DNA from: Nostoc sp.
GTDB taxonomy: Bacteria; Cyanobacteriota; Cyanobacteriia; Cyanobacteriales; Nostocaceae
Length of the DNA: 32,000 nucleotides
Reading direction: 5' to 3'
Assembly: GCF_036917555.1 (NCBI RefSeq)
Contig: NZ_JBALDD010000092.1
Span: forward strand, 22,762 to 54,761
The notes beneath the pieces are model-generated. The model was given only the letters and a program-made list of their open reading frames with translations. It had not been told where the DNA came from and searched no databases. The position numbers were made by a program, and so were the translations under genes. This document shows, piece by piece, positions 9,738-18,738 of this stretch; position 1 is the stretch's first letter; the number at the start of each line of letters is the position of its first letter.

Positions 9738-11306
9738 TTACATCCCAGAACCAATGTGAATGCGATCCTCAACTTCTGCAAATTTTTCCTGTGCCAGCTG
9801 TTCAGTACTCAATAGTGAAACGACAATCGCCACAATAAACGCCAGTGGGATACTGATTAATCCAGGATTTTTTAAGGGAAAGGGTGCAGAAGCGTGCTTA
9901 AGAATCGTTACTTGAATAGTAGGTGACAAATAAATCAGCACTAAAGAAGAGACAGTACCTACTAACATACTTGCAACTGCACCATTGGTAGTGAAGCGTC
10001 GCCAAAGCATTGATAAGAGCAAGGCTGGGAAGTTTGCACTCGCAGCGATCGCAAATGCTAAACCTACCATATAAGCTACGTTTTGCCCTTTAAACAAGAT
10101 GCCCAGAAATATTGCCACTAACCCCAAAAGCATTGTTGCACCGCGAGCCACCTTCAATTGTTCTGACTCGTCAGCATGGCCAGAGCGTACCACATTCACC
10201 CACAAATCATGGGACAATGCAGCTGCACCTGAGAGTGTCAACCCAGCGACAACAGCCAAAATCGTTGCAAAAGAAACAGCGGCGATAAAACCTAAGAAAG
10301 CATCACCACCGAGAAATTCTGCCAACATCGGCGCAGCCATGTTACCACCAGTACCAATTTGCTTGATGGCATCTTGACCTACTAGCACCATCGCTCCAAA
10401 GCCCAGGATAAAGGTAAGGAGATAAAAAACGCCAATAATAGCTGTGGCGTAAGTAACAGAGAGCCGCGCTGCTTTAGCGTCAGGTACTGTGTAGAAACGC
10501 ATTAGAATGTGTGGTAGTCCAGCAGTGCCGAACATCAACGACATCCCTAAAGAGATAGCATCAAAGGGATCGGAAACCAGTTTGCCTGGAGCTAATACAC
10601 CTGTATACTTCTGGGATGCAGCAGCGAAAAGAGTGATTGGGTTAAAGCCAAATCGTGCCAGTACCAAGATAGCTAGTAAGACAGTTCCGCCGAGCAACAG
10701 AACTGCTTTGATAATTTGTACCCAAGTGGTGGCAATCATCCCACCAAAAATCACATAAGCCATCATCACGCAACCGACGATGACGACAGCTAATTCATAA
10801 TCAAAGCCAAACAGTAGTTTGATTAGCTCACCAGCACCTACCATCTGGGCAATTAAGTAAAAGCTAATTACTACCAACGTTCCAATGGCAGAGGCGATAC
10901 GTACAGGTTTTTGCTGCAAGCGATAAGCCACTACATCGGCAAAGGTGTATTTACCTAAGTTTCGTAGTGGTTCGGCAATTAGAAACATAACAATCGGCCA
11001 GCCCACCAAGAAGCCGATAGAATAAATTAAGCCGTCAAAGCCGTTGAGTGCCACCAGCCCAGTGATACCTAAAAAGCTAGCTGCACTCATAAAGTCTCCT
11101 GCTAGGGCCAAACCATTTTGGAAACCGCTGATATTACCGCCAGCTGTATAGAACTGTGCCGTATTTTTGGTGAGCTTCGCCGCCCAATAGGTAATGCCTA
11201 GAGAACTTACAACAAACAGAAAAAAGAAAGCGATCGCCAACGGGTTAAACTTACCAAGACTGGTAATATCCGCCGCTAGTGGCAGATCGAACCACACACT
11301 ATTCAT
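9738..11306 (-). CDS. actP: cation/acetate symporter (sodium:solute symporter family)
   Basis: 522 aa and about 13-14 hydrophobic helices. Sits directly downstream of a DUF485 gene, the conserved yjcH-actP arrangement. Confidence 0.9.
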   Translation of the reverse strand: MNSVWFDLPLAADITSLGKFNPLAIAFFFLFVVSSLGITYWAAKLTKNTAQFYTAGGNISGFQNGLALAGDFMSAASFLGITGLVALNGFDGLIYSIGFLVGWPIVMFLIAEPLRNLGKYTFADVVAYRLQQKPVRIASAIGTLVVISFYLIAQMVGAGELIKLLFGFDYELAVVIVGCVMMAYVIFGGMIATTWVQIIKAVLLLGGTVLLAILVLARFGFNPITLFAAASQKYTGVLAPGKLVSDPFDAISLGMSLMFGTAGLPHILMRFYTVPDAKAARLSVTYATAIIGVFYLLTFILGFGAMVLVGQDAIKQIGTGGNMAAPMLAEFLGGDAFLGFIAAVSFATILAVVAGLTLSGAAALSHDLWVNVVRSGHADESEQLKVARGATMLLGLVAIFLGILFKGQNVAYMVGLAFAIAASANFPALLLSMLWRRFTTNGAVASMLVGTVSSLVLIYLSPTIQVTILKHASAPFPLKNPGLISIPLAFIVAIVVSLLSTEQLAQEKFAEVEDRIHIGSGM

Positions 11307-11366
11307 GCTTTTTTTGGTTTAGTATTTTGGATTTGGGACTAGAAATTGCTAATAGCTAATTTACCT

Positions 11367-11412
11367 TACTCAGTGCTGAGTGCTGAGTGATTCAAATAGT
11401 ACTCAGCACTCT
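11367..11412. repeat. heptamer-based hairpin between the DUF485 gene and actP
   Basis: actcagtg ctgagtg ctgagtg attcaaatagt actcagc actc. gtgctgagt pairs with actcagcac. Confidence 0.6.
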
Positions 11413-11688
11413 TCATTTGCGTGTCAATCTTGCGATTTGGTTGTCATAACTACTATTTGCCCAACGCACGTAGATAAAAATTAATACCCATGCAGAGACA
11501 ATTACCAGCGCCCCCAGTAAAATTCCCCAGCTGAGGCCAGGAACTACTAATGACCCCAGCAGGGGCTTATTGAACGCGATTAATAGGATAAAGCCGAAGT
11601 AAATAAACATCATGGCTCCACTGAGAATCAAGGATACCCGCCAACGTTCAGCCGCGAGAGCCTGGAGAGCCTTTGTGCGATCGTTCAT
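11413..11688 (-). CDS. DUF485 (YjcH-like) small inner-membrane protein
   Basis: 91 aa with two hydrophobic helices, directly upstream of actP on the same strand. Confidence 0.85.
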   Translation of the reverse strand: MNDRTKALQALAAERWRVSLILSGAMMFIYFGFILLIAFNKPLLGSLVVPGLSWGILLGALVIVSAWVLIFIYVRWANSSYDNQIARLTRK

Positions 11689-12214
11689 ATCTTTTTTTAG
11701 GTTGAGAAGATTAGGTCAGATTGTCTCATTGAAGCTGATTTCTGCGTAATTTTCTTAAAGATTGTTAGTAAATCTATTGCTATATCAGGTAATAAAATTA
11801 ACTTTGCATGATATACCAAAATAACAAGACGATAGCAACTCTGTTTTGAGTCAAGAAACATAAAACTATAGATGCAGATTAGACACAAATAAAGCCGATC
11901 TATTCAGTGATTTGTTATTTTCTTATATTTTAAGTAGCTTTTTATACGTTTATTTAAAACACTAACTCAGGAATTAAATTTTTATATACTAAAAAATAAA
12001 ATAAATAGGTAGTTACTACCAGGTTTTAAAATCCTTCAAGTGTTATGAAATGTTTTTTTAAGTTATCAAATCAACTGAGATTAATAAAAGTAGTAAATTT
12101 TGATTTATAAAATATACCAAAAATCACCCTAGCAGATTAAGTAAATATTTTAATAACATTTATCTCAATAGCTTGTTATTCCACAGATGGGGCATTACCA
12201 AAATTTAGTAAAGT

Positions 12215-12838
12215 ATGTTTATCGAAACACTCATTACAGAGCCGATTCATTTTTTTAGAATCGTTGCCATTGTCATATTTTCGATCACTTTGCATGAACT
12301 CGCTCACGGCTGGGCTGCGATGAGTCAGGGAGATAACACTCCACAACAGACTGGTCATCTAACGCTGAATCCTGTAGTTCACATGGGCAAAGAATCAATC
12401 ATTTTTCTCTGTCTTATGGGTATAGCTTGGGGACAAATGCCCGTCAACCCATCTAAGTTTCGCTCTGGTAAGCTAGGCAACATTTTGGTATCAGCAGCCG
12501 GGCCATTATCAAATCTGGCTTTAGGCGTTCTATTTATTATGGTGTTGAAATTTCTTTCTAATCTGAATCTTTCAGAAATTTTGAGTGAGGATTTTTTTTA
12601 TTTAGCAGCTCGGATTAATTTGACATTATTTCTGTTTAATCTCTTGCCAATTCCACCACTTGATGGATTTCATGTTTTCAGTGAAATTTTTCCTAAGCTA
12701 AAGCCACTGCAATATACCCAATTCGGACTCTTTGCGATGATGCTTATATTCATAATTCCAGAATTTGGGATCGGACTTGGTAGCATTGCTGATTTAGTTA
12801 TACAGTCAGCGCTTGGGGAAGAGTCAGCAGCTTTATAA
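12215..12838 (+). CDS. site-2 protease family (peptidase M50) membrane metalloprotease
   Basis: HELAHG zinc motif in the first helix and NLLPIPPLDG (LDG motif) later. Polytopic membrane protein. Confidence 0.88.
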   Translation: MFIETLITEPIHFFRIVAIVIFSITLHELAHGWAAMSQGDNTPQQTGHLTLNPVVHMGKESIIFLCLMGIAWGQMPVNPSKFRSGKLGNILVSAAGPLSNLALGVLFIMVLKFLSNLNLSEILSEDFFYLAARINLTLFLFNLLPIPPLDGFHVFSEIFPKLKPLQYTQFGLFAMMLIFIIPEFGIGLGSIADLVIQSALGEESAAL

Positions 12839-13018
12839 GCAAAAATAGATTATTTAACATCAGTTTGGGTTAAGGACTCAAATTTGATCCCTTGGGCGAA
12901 AGAATAAGGGTTTCACACTGTCAAAACTAGCAACCAAATCAAGGTTTCAGCTTATCCTGATCTCAGGTTATTTATGTAGTAATGCTATTTGATTTGTGAT
13001 AATCGTAAGCTTTTAGAA

Positions 13019-13050
13019 CCCCGACTTCTCAAATAAGTCGGGGATTTTTT
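13019..13050 (+). terminator. intrinsic terminator / dispersed ccccgactt...aagtcgggg hairpin
   Basis: 9-bp stem ccccgactt / aagtcgggg with a 7-nt loop, followed by atttttt on the plus strand. It lies downstream of the M50 gene and 4 nt from the stop of the convergent orphan gene. A decayed copy of the same hairpin is at 19727-19749. Confidence 0.65.
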
Positions 13051-13053
13051 GGA

Positions 13054-14445
13054 TCACAACTGATTTAGGATAGGCACCTTTTTGCTGTAATATTCAGTTT
13101 TGGTATAAATGCTGATAATACTATCACAAACTGCAAAAAAAGTACCTTCTTGCTCATCTTTAGAAAATTGCAAATTTGGGTATTTAGCAGCAGCTTCGTC
13201 AGCAGTCATGGCTTTGGCTTCCATTTGATCTGGCAATAGTCCAGTAGAACCAATATAAAATACTAAGGGAGATATTTTATCTTGGTAGATATTTTCTGCA
13301 TATTGTTCTAACTTTTTGTTTGCCACTGTTAAAGCTGTAACTATTTCTTCTTTGTTTATCTGCTTACCAGTTGGTTTATCCTGCAATAACTGCGCCAAAT
13401 TATCAGCGCCAACTTTCTTAAGAATACCTCCAACAATGCCATTTTGCTCAAGCCCAAGAAAATTATCAAAAATTGGTTTCATCAATTCGTCAACTTTCGT
13501 AATCTTGGTACGTGATGACAGTAATCTGTGCCTAACAGCAAGATTCTCATCAAATACCATCTCAAAACTCGGCTTCATGATAATTTCTCCAGTTTCTTTG
13601 TCATAAAGACGATACATTCGATTGAGAAACTTGTTAGCAGAAGGTAACTTACTCAAATTCAGAATATCTTGACTGCCGATATCGATTTTATAGCTCCTTT
13701 TTGAGCCAATAGTACCATTGACTAAAGCTTGGTTGATATCAGTGTATTCATTGATTGTAGGAAAATTGATGTAAATATTCTTAGATAGATAGTGCTTTTT
13801 AAACTCATCTAACTGCGTCTCGATAAATATATCTGACTCTTTTTTCAAGTGAGCACAAATAATACTAATCAGTACTTTAATTTCTGCTAGTTCATTAAAT
13901 AGTCCATGAATACTGCTGTAACTACTATTAGCAGCTATAAGTGGCAAGTTCTCTAACTGAATCGTATGTTCTGATTGGAAGTCAAATTTTTCTGCATCCA
14001 GTATGCCTTTTTCTTTGAGTAAGTCAAAGACTTTTTTGCTGCTAATTTTGACTTGTAATGAATTCACGTTGATTTTGCCGTCACTTACAATCGTATAATT
14101 ATTAAAGGTATTGAGGTCATTTACTAATAAACCTGCTACTTCAATGGTAAGAGTTTGGTCTTCAAATTGAGCAAGTTTAACTCTACGTTTGACAAGCATA
14201 TTGATAGTAGCAGTATTGTGGTTAAACTGAAACTCGCCCATACCAACATAGTCAGTGTCATCCATATATTCTGTTATCAACCAAGGTTGGAGCAGTTCTC
14301 CATTTTCGTTTCTAACACCTCTAATACGTTTAATACCTGTTCTTTGATAATCTTCTTGTAGGCGTTTGATGTTGACGATAAGATTGTTGCGATATTCTGC
14401 AAAAATCTGGATTAGTTCTACCAGAGAAATCTGATTCTTTGTCAT
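13054..14445 (-). CDS. hypothetical protein (orphan, 463 aa), no recognisable motif
   Basis: Long uninterrupted ORF. I prefer the ATG at 14445 because it is preceded by GGAAGGTGG (Shine-Dalgarno-like); the ORF track starts 5 codons earlier at a TTG. No P-loop, metal-binding or nuclease motif seen, and no signal peptide or TM segment. Confidence 0.7.
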   Translation of the reverse strand: MTKNQISLVELIQIFAEYRNNLIVNIKRLQEDYQRTGIKRIRGVRNENGELLQPWLITEYMDDTDYVGMGEFQFNHNTATINMLVKRRVKLAQFEDQTLTIEVAGLLVNDLNTFNNYTIVSDGKINVNSLQVKISSKKVFDLLKEKGILDAEKFDFQSEHTIQLENLPLIAANSSYSSIHGLFNELAEIKVLISIICAHLKKESDIFIETQLDEFKKHYLSKNIYINFPTINEYTDINQALVNGTIGSKRSYKIDIGSQDILNLSKLPSANKFLNRMYRLYDKETGEIIMKPSFEMVFDENLAVRHRLLSSRTKITKVDELMKPIFDNFLGLEQNGIVGGILKKVGADNLAQLLQDKPTGKQINKEEIVTALTVANKKLEQYAENIYQDKISPLVFYIGSTGLLPDQMEAKAMTADEAAAKYPNLQFSKDEQEGTFFAVCDSIISIYTKTEYYSKKVPILNQL

Positions 14446-14580
14446 ATTGCCACCTTCCAAATAAAGGTTAAGAATCTTTTATAGCAACGGTTATTGAAGT
14501 TTATTGATATTCCAAAATAAGCTGTTATAACCGTACAAAATTTAATGGTAAGTTAGTAGGCAATTGAGGGTTTAAGTTTA

Positions 14581-14621
14581 AACGCAGAAAAGCGCAGAGT
14601 ATAACGCAGAGGAGCGCAAAG
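14581..14621. repeat. 19-bp direct repeat (aacgcagaaaagcgcagag / aacgcagaggagcgcaaag)
   Basis: Two copies with a 22-bp period in the spacer between the orphan gene and the MprF-like gene. Confidence 0.5.
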
Positions 14622-14835
14622 TTTGTTTCAGTCTATTCACTAGGAACTTAGGCAACGCGAAGAACAGCCTTGCCTAATTTTATAGTACAATTGTATCATA
14701 TAAAGGAAAAGTTGTGTAGGCGTAGCCGCTGGTAGATATTGCTGTGCAATGAGGTGGTATGGTGTTGCTGAATAACGTCAGAATATATGCTTTCTAAGCT
14801 TTGCACCCTTGAGTGACTTTGTTTTGAGTCTACAT

Positions 14836-16506
14836 TTAGGCTCCGGGTTTTAAATAATCGAAGAGGCGATCGCCTGAATCTGCGCGAATCAATGCTACAA
14901 CTACATCTGGTAAGGTGGCTAAACTGGGGTAAACTAAATAACGCGGTTCCCAACGAGGGCGGAACTTGTCTTTGTAGGCGTGCAGTCCCTTGAAGTTGTA
15001 AAAGCGATTCAAATGGTCGTAAAGATAGTGCAATACTTTTTCCAAACGGCGCGATTCAGGATTTTCTCCAACTCCAGCAAGTGCAGAAAGGCCGAAATTA
15101 AAGCTGTCGTAACCACACTCTTTAAAATGCTGGAGCAGGGAAATAAATAGAAAGTCCATTGTGCCATTTTCAAGAGATGAGCGATGTCGCATCATGTCAA
15201 TAGTCGCTTCGTTAAGTTGGTACTCCCGGATAATGTTGGCAAAGGCGCTAATCTGACCTTCAGGATTATGCACCACAGCAATCTCGCACTCTCGCAGGTA
15301 AGCTTCGTCAAACCAACCTAAAGAAAATTGTTTTTCTGAACCTTGTACCATTTTCAACCATTCATCACTTACAGGTTTGAGGCGATGCAATAAATCATTG
15401 GCGATGGGTGGTTGGTAAAAGTCGATTTGGTATCCTAGTTTAGTTAAACGACTGATTGATGGTCTAAAGTTTTTACCAGCTTTACCTTGTAACGTAAAAC
15501 TTTTTAAGTCAACGATCGCTTCCTCTCCAATCTTGAGTACCTTAAACCCCAATGACTTGTAAAGCTCAACATCATCGGGCATAGTTTGGTAAAAGCCAGG
15601 ATACCAGTCGTTGCGCTGACAAAACTGCCAGAAAGCAATAATTGTCTCTTTGCGGTCTTCAGTGGGGCCGATGGGATCTCCTAATGCGATCGCACCCCGT
15701 CCTTTGGGAACATAAGCAATTACACTATTACCCGAAGGACTGAAATAATAACTTTTATCATTTAAGAGTGTAAGCGCTGCTAAAGAAGAACATCCATATT
15801 GCTCGACAATTTCTTTAGCTCTTTGTCGCTCATTTGTAGTTGCTAGATTCTGCCAAAACACAGGTTGCAACAGCATTACTATTGCATAAGTAATAGTACC
15901 TGCGGCAATAATATAGATAGAATTAGCAAAAAATTCTCCAAATCGACTCTTTGGTTGCAGTCCCCAATTATCCTCAGTGAAGAACATCGCCAAAGTCTGA
16001 ACTATCGCTTCTCGCCAATTAAAGTTCTCTGAAAATTTGCCGTCTAACAAGTAAAATCCAATGGTTCCGTATGCGAGAGTAAATAATAAAGCGCCTATCA
16101 GCACTCTAACTCCCCGTGCGATGGAAGGACGGTCTGATTGCGCCGTAAAAAAATGGCGCATCAAGATTAATTGCACCAATAAAACTCCAGAGAGTAGACT
16201 TTCTTCATAGTCCAGTCCCTTCAGCAAGTGGCTGCAAATAGAAATTATTAGTAAAGCAATGGTTAGTAACCAGGCTATTCTTTTCCGGCGTAATAAATTA
16301 GTAGCAAGTGTTAATAAAATAAACCCAGTTAATGCTGCAAATATATGACCACTGGCACGAATTTCAAATGGTAAAAGTTCCTTTAACCAGTGAGTCCGCC
16401 CGTACAGGTTAGGTGTCACTGCTGATAATAAATTTACTACTCCGACTAAACCTGTTAGGAAAGCTGCACTCCAAAGTCCAATCTGAGTTTTTAAATTATT
16501 TGTCAT
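14836..16506 (-). CDS. aminoacyl-phosphatidylglycerol synthase, MprF C-terminal half (6 TM plus DUF2156/LPG-synthase domain)
   Basis: From memory, strong colinear match to the MprF synthase domain. Shared motifs: GEEAIVDLKSFTLQGKAGKNFR, VSDEWL, EKQFSLGWFDEAYL, DMMRHR...GTMDFLFISLL, FNFGLSALAGVG, YNFKGLHAYKDKFRPRWEPRYLVY. Confidence 0.9.
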   Translation of the reverse strand: MTNNLKTQIGLWSAAFLTGLVGVVNLLSAVTPNLYGRTHWLKELLPFEIRASGHIFAALTGFILLTLATNLLRRKRIAWLLTIALLIISICSHLLKGLDYEESLLSGVLLVQLILMRHFFTAQSDRPSIARGVRVLIGALLFTLAYGTIGFYLLDGKFSENFNWREAIVQTLAMFFTEDNWGLQPKSRFGEFFANSIYIIAAGTITYAIVMLLQPVFWQNLATTNERQRAKEIVEQYGCSSLAALTLLNDKSYYFSPSGNSVIAYVPKGRGAIALGDPIGPTEDRKETIIAFWQFCQRNDWYPGFYQTMPDDVELYKSLGFKVLKIGEEAIVDLKSFTLQGKAGKNFRPSISRLTKLGYQIDFYQPPIANDLLHRLKPVSDEWLKMVQGSEKQFSLGWFDEAYLRECEIAVVHNPEGQISAFANIIREYQLNEATIDMMRHRSSLENGTMDFLFISLLQHFKECGYDSFNFGLSALAGVGENPESRRLEKVLHYLYDHLNRFYNFKGLHAYKDKFRPRWEPRYLVYPSLATLPDVVVALIRADSGDRLFDYLKPGA

Positions 16507-16517
16507 TTTTCATTAGT

Positions 16518-16584
16518 AGTTAGGAGTGAGGAGTTAGAAGTTAGGAGTTTTCAATTTTTAACTCTTAACTCCTAACTCCTAACT
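16518..16584. repeat. STRR-type heptamer inverted-repeat hairpin
   Basis: gttagga-type heptamers x4 (16518-16549), loop ttcaattttt, then aactcct-type heptamers x3-4 (16560-16584). It covers the stop codon of the upstream esterase gene and ends 12 nt before the mprF-like ATG. Confidence 0.8.
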
Positions 16585-17473
16585 TTTTAAACTGTTCTCC
16601 GACATAGGAGAGTGAATCTTTAAGATGTTTATGAAAGTAGTTCCAGCCTACATTAGCACCAGATAAACCATGACCTCCAGGAAATGCATAAAATACGTGA
16701 GCAATGCCTAATTTATTTAAGGTTTCGTTGAAGGCTTTGGTAGAAGCTAGCAAATTAGTATCGTTCAAACCAGCATCTAGGTAAACACGCAATCGCTTCC
16801 TATCTTGAACTGTTAGCTGTTGCACAATTTGTTGAGGACTATTTTGTGAATCGCTGTCATCAGTAAAGTAACCGCTATGGCTAAACAAAATCTGAAAGTT
16901 GTTGAGATAGCGTAATCCGATATTAAATGCACCCCATCCTCCAGAAGATATACCTCCTAGCGCCCAAAATTGGGGTTCTTCCAAAGTGCGATAGCGCGAC
17001 TTGACAACTTGTACTAATTCTGAACCAATCAAAGTTCCCACTTTGCCATTCGGCCCATCAAAGTAATCGGGGTCGTATAAAGGACTAGAACCGCGATTAT
17101 CATTACCATCAGGTGTAATCACAATCGATGGCGGTAATTTTCCACTTTGATAAAGTTCATGCAATACGTTTAAGAGTGCGTATTTATCAGCATAAGCACG
17201 AGCATCATCATGACCACCGTGTAGTAAAAATATCAGAGGGTAGCGCTTTTGGGGATTTTTGCTATAAGTAGGGGGCAAAATCACGCCGTAGTTACGGACT
17301 GCACCCATCACTTGGGAGTTGAAGGTTGCTAATTGAAACTTTAGCCCAGTATTTGCCGCTTTTTTGGGTGGGTCTAGTTGTGGCGCACCTAAGATGAATA
17401 CATAATAATAACCAGCAGTAGTAAGAAGTGCGATCGCTCCTACCAAGCTAATTAACAATTTATAAATCTTCAT
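16565..17473 (-). CDS. membrane-anchored alpha/beta-hydrolase, esterase family (esterase D / putative-esterase type)
   Basis: N-terminal anchor helix (LLISLVGAIALLTTAGYYYVFIL), oxyanion-type LLHGGH, and nucleophile elbow GGISSGGWGA. Paralogue of the next gene. Confidence 0.82.
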   Translation of the reverse strand: MKIYKLLISLVGAIALLTTAGYYYVFILGAPQLDPPKKAANTGLKFQLATFNSQVMGAVRNYGVILPPTYSKNPQKRYPLIFLLHGGHDDARAYADKYALLNVLHELYQSGKLPPSIVITPDGNDNRGSSPLYDPDYFDGPNGKVGTLIGSELVQVVKSRYRTLEEPQFWALGGISSGGWGAFNIGLRYLNNFQILFSHSGYFTDDSDSQNSPQQIVQQLTVQDRKRLRVYLDAGLNDTNLLASTKAFNETLNKLGIAHVFYAFPGGHGLSGANVGWNYFHKHLKDSLSYVGEQFKKLGVRS

Positions 17474-17599
17474 ATTCTTTTAGTGTAAAAAAAATCACCT
17501 TTACTAGGACTTACTAGAATTAATTTACTGAAAAATGGCAGTATTTTTTTTACATTAATGTTTAAATATCAACGGCTTGGCAGAATAGTATTATTTCTA

Positions 17600-18586
17600 C
17601 TAGGGATTAATTTTTTTGAGCGTTTTTTTATGATTAATACTTAAATTTTTCTCAGTCATATTTGCTGTTTCTGAAGCTCGAAATTGTTCGCCGACAAATG
17701 TCAATGAGTTTGCTAAATGTTTCCGCCAATATTGCCAAGTGTGACTGCCAGGAAACTGACGAAATGAATTATAAATTTTCAGTTTATTTAGGACTTTACT
17801 AAATCGCTCTGCTTCGCCAATTTCATCAATATCTGATGTACCTGAATCTAAGTAAATCTTCAACCTTTTTTGAGCTTGTGTGGGAATGGTTTTAATATAA
17901 GATATTGGGCTATTTGCTGCGCCACTTTTATCTTTAAAATAGCCACTATGACTAAATAAAATTGAGAAATGCTCGACATTGTGTAATCCGACATTGATTG
18001 CTCCCCAACCACCAGAAGATAGACCACCTATCGCCCAAAAATCTGGATTAGTTAATGTACGATAACGGCTTTGCACAACTTTTACTAACTCATCGCCTAC
18101 GGCTGTAGAGACTTTCCCGTTAGGGCCATCGATATATTCCGGATCTCGGTAGGGACTAGAGCCACGCTTGTCGTTACCATCTGGTGTAATGATGATGCTG
18201 GGTGGCAACTTACCTGTAGTATAAAGTTGTTCTACAGTCTTGAGAGCTTCTCCCTTACTCTGAATAAACCAACTACTGGGATCACCATGTCCACCGTGGA
18301 GGAGAAAGATTACAGGATACCTTTGTTTTAAGTTTTGCTCATAGCCAGGAGGTAAAGAAACGCCATAAGTGCGACTTGCACCCATTACTTTACTATCGTA
18401 GGTTTCAATTTTATAGGTTAGGAGAGTCGCTGAGTTGCTAGTATTGCGCTGGGTTGGAAGAACGGAAGGCGTTGTTTGTAAATCCTGCTGTTGCGATGGT
18501 TTTGCGACGACAGTTTGGGAGAAATTACAGCCAACTAAGGTTAATACTGAAAATAACAAGAAAATTTTAGATTGTTTGTAGTTCAT
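17600..18586 (-). CDS. lipoprotein alpha/beta-hydrolase, esterase family (paralogue of 16565..17473)
   Basis: Lipobox LTLVGC. Shares YPVIFLLHGGH, KLPPSIIITPDGNDKRGSSP, GPNGKV, SRYRTL, GGLSSGGWGA and ILFSHSGYF with its neighbour. Confidence 0.82.
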   Translation of the reverse strand: MNYKQSKIFLLFSVLTLVGCNFSQTVVAKPSQQQDLQTTPSVLPTQRNTSNSATLLTYKIETYDSKVMGASRTYGVSLPPGYEQNLKQRYPVIFLLHGGHGDPSSWFIQSKGEALKTVEQLYTTGKLPPSIIITPDGNDKRGSSPYRDPEYIDGPNGKVSTAVGDELVKVVQSRYRTLTNPDFWAIGGLSSGGWGAINVGLHNVEHFSILFSHSGYFKDKSGAANSPISYIKTIPTQAQKRLKIYLDSGTSDIDEIGEAERFSKVLNKLKIYNSFRQFPGSHTWQYWRKHLANSLTFVGEQFRASETANMTEKNLSINHKKTLKKINP

Positions 18587-18738
18587 CTTTGAAGGGCATT
18601 GGTTAAACAGGGCATTATTGCGTAGTTGATGCTTGCCTTCAAAAGCTTATGCAAATGATATGTCAACGCTGTGTCAACAGGATGGAAACTTTACGACTGG
18701 TTGTAAATTAAAAGTCAAGAGTTAAGATAAGTTTCTTC

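Noticed and set aside
14718-14742. A short dispersed similarity: aggcgtagccgctggtagatattgc versus aagcgtagcccgtcggacacatcgc at 23539-23563.
   Set aside because: This is probably a member of a common Nostoc intergenic repeat family. It is only about 25 bp with several mismatches, which is too weak to annotate or interpret without a genome-wide count.
14696-14953. An 85-aa minus-strand ORF overlapping the 3' end of the mprF-like gene.
   Set aside because: It is out of frame with a well-supported gene and extends into repeat-rich spacer. It has no motifs.
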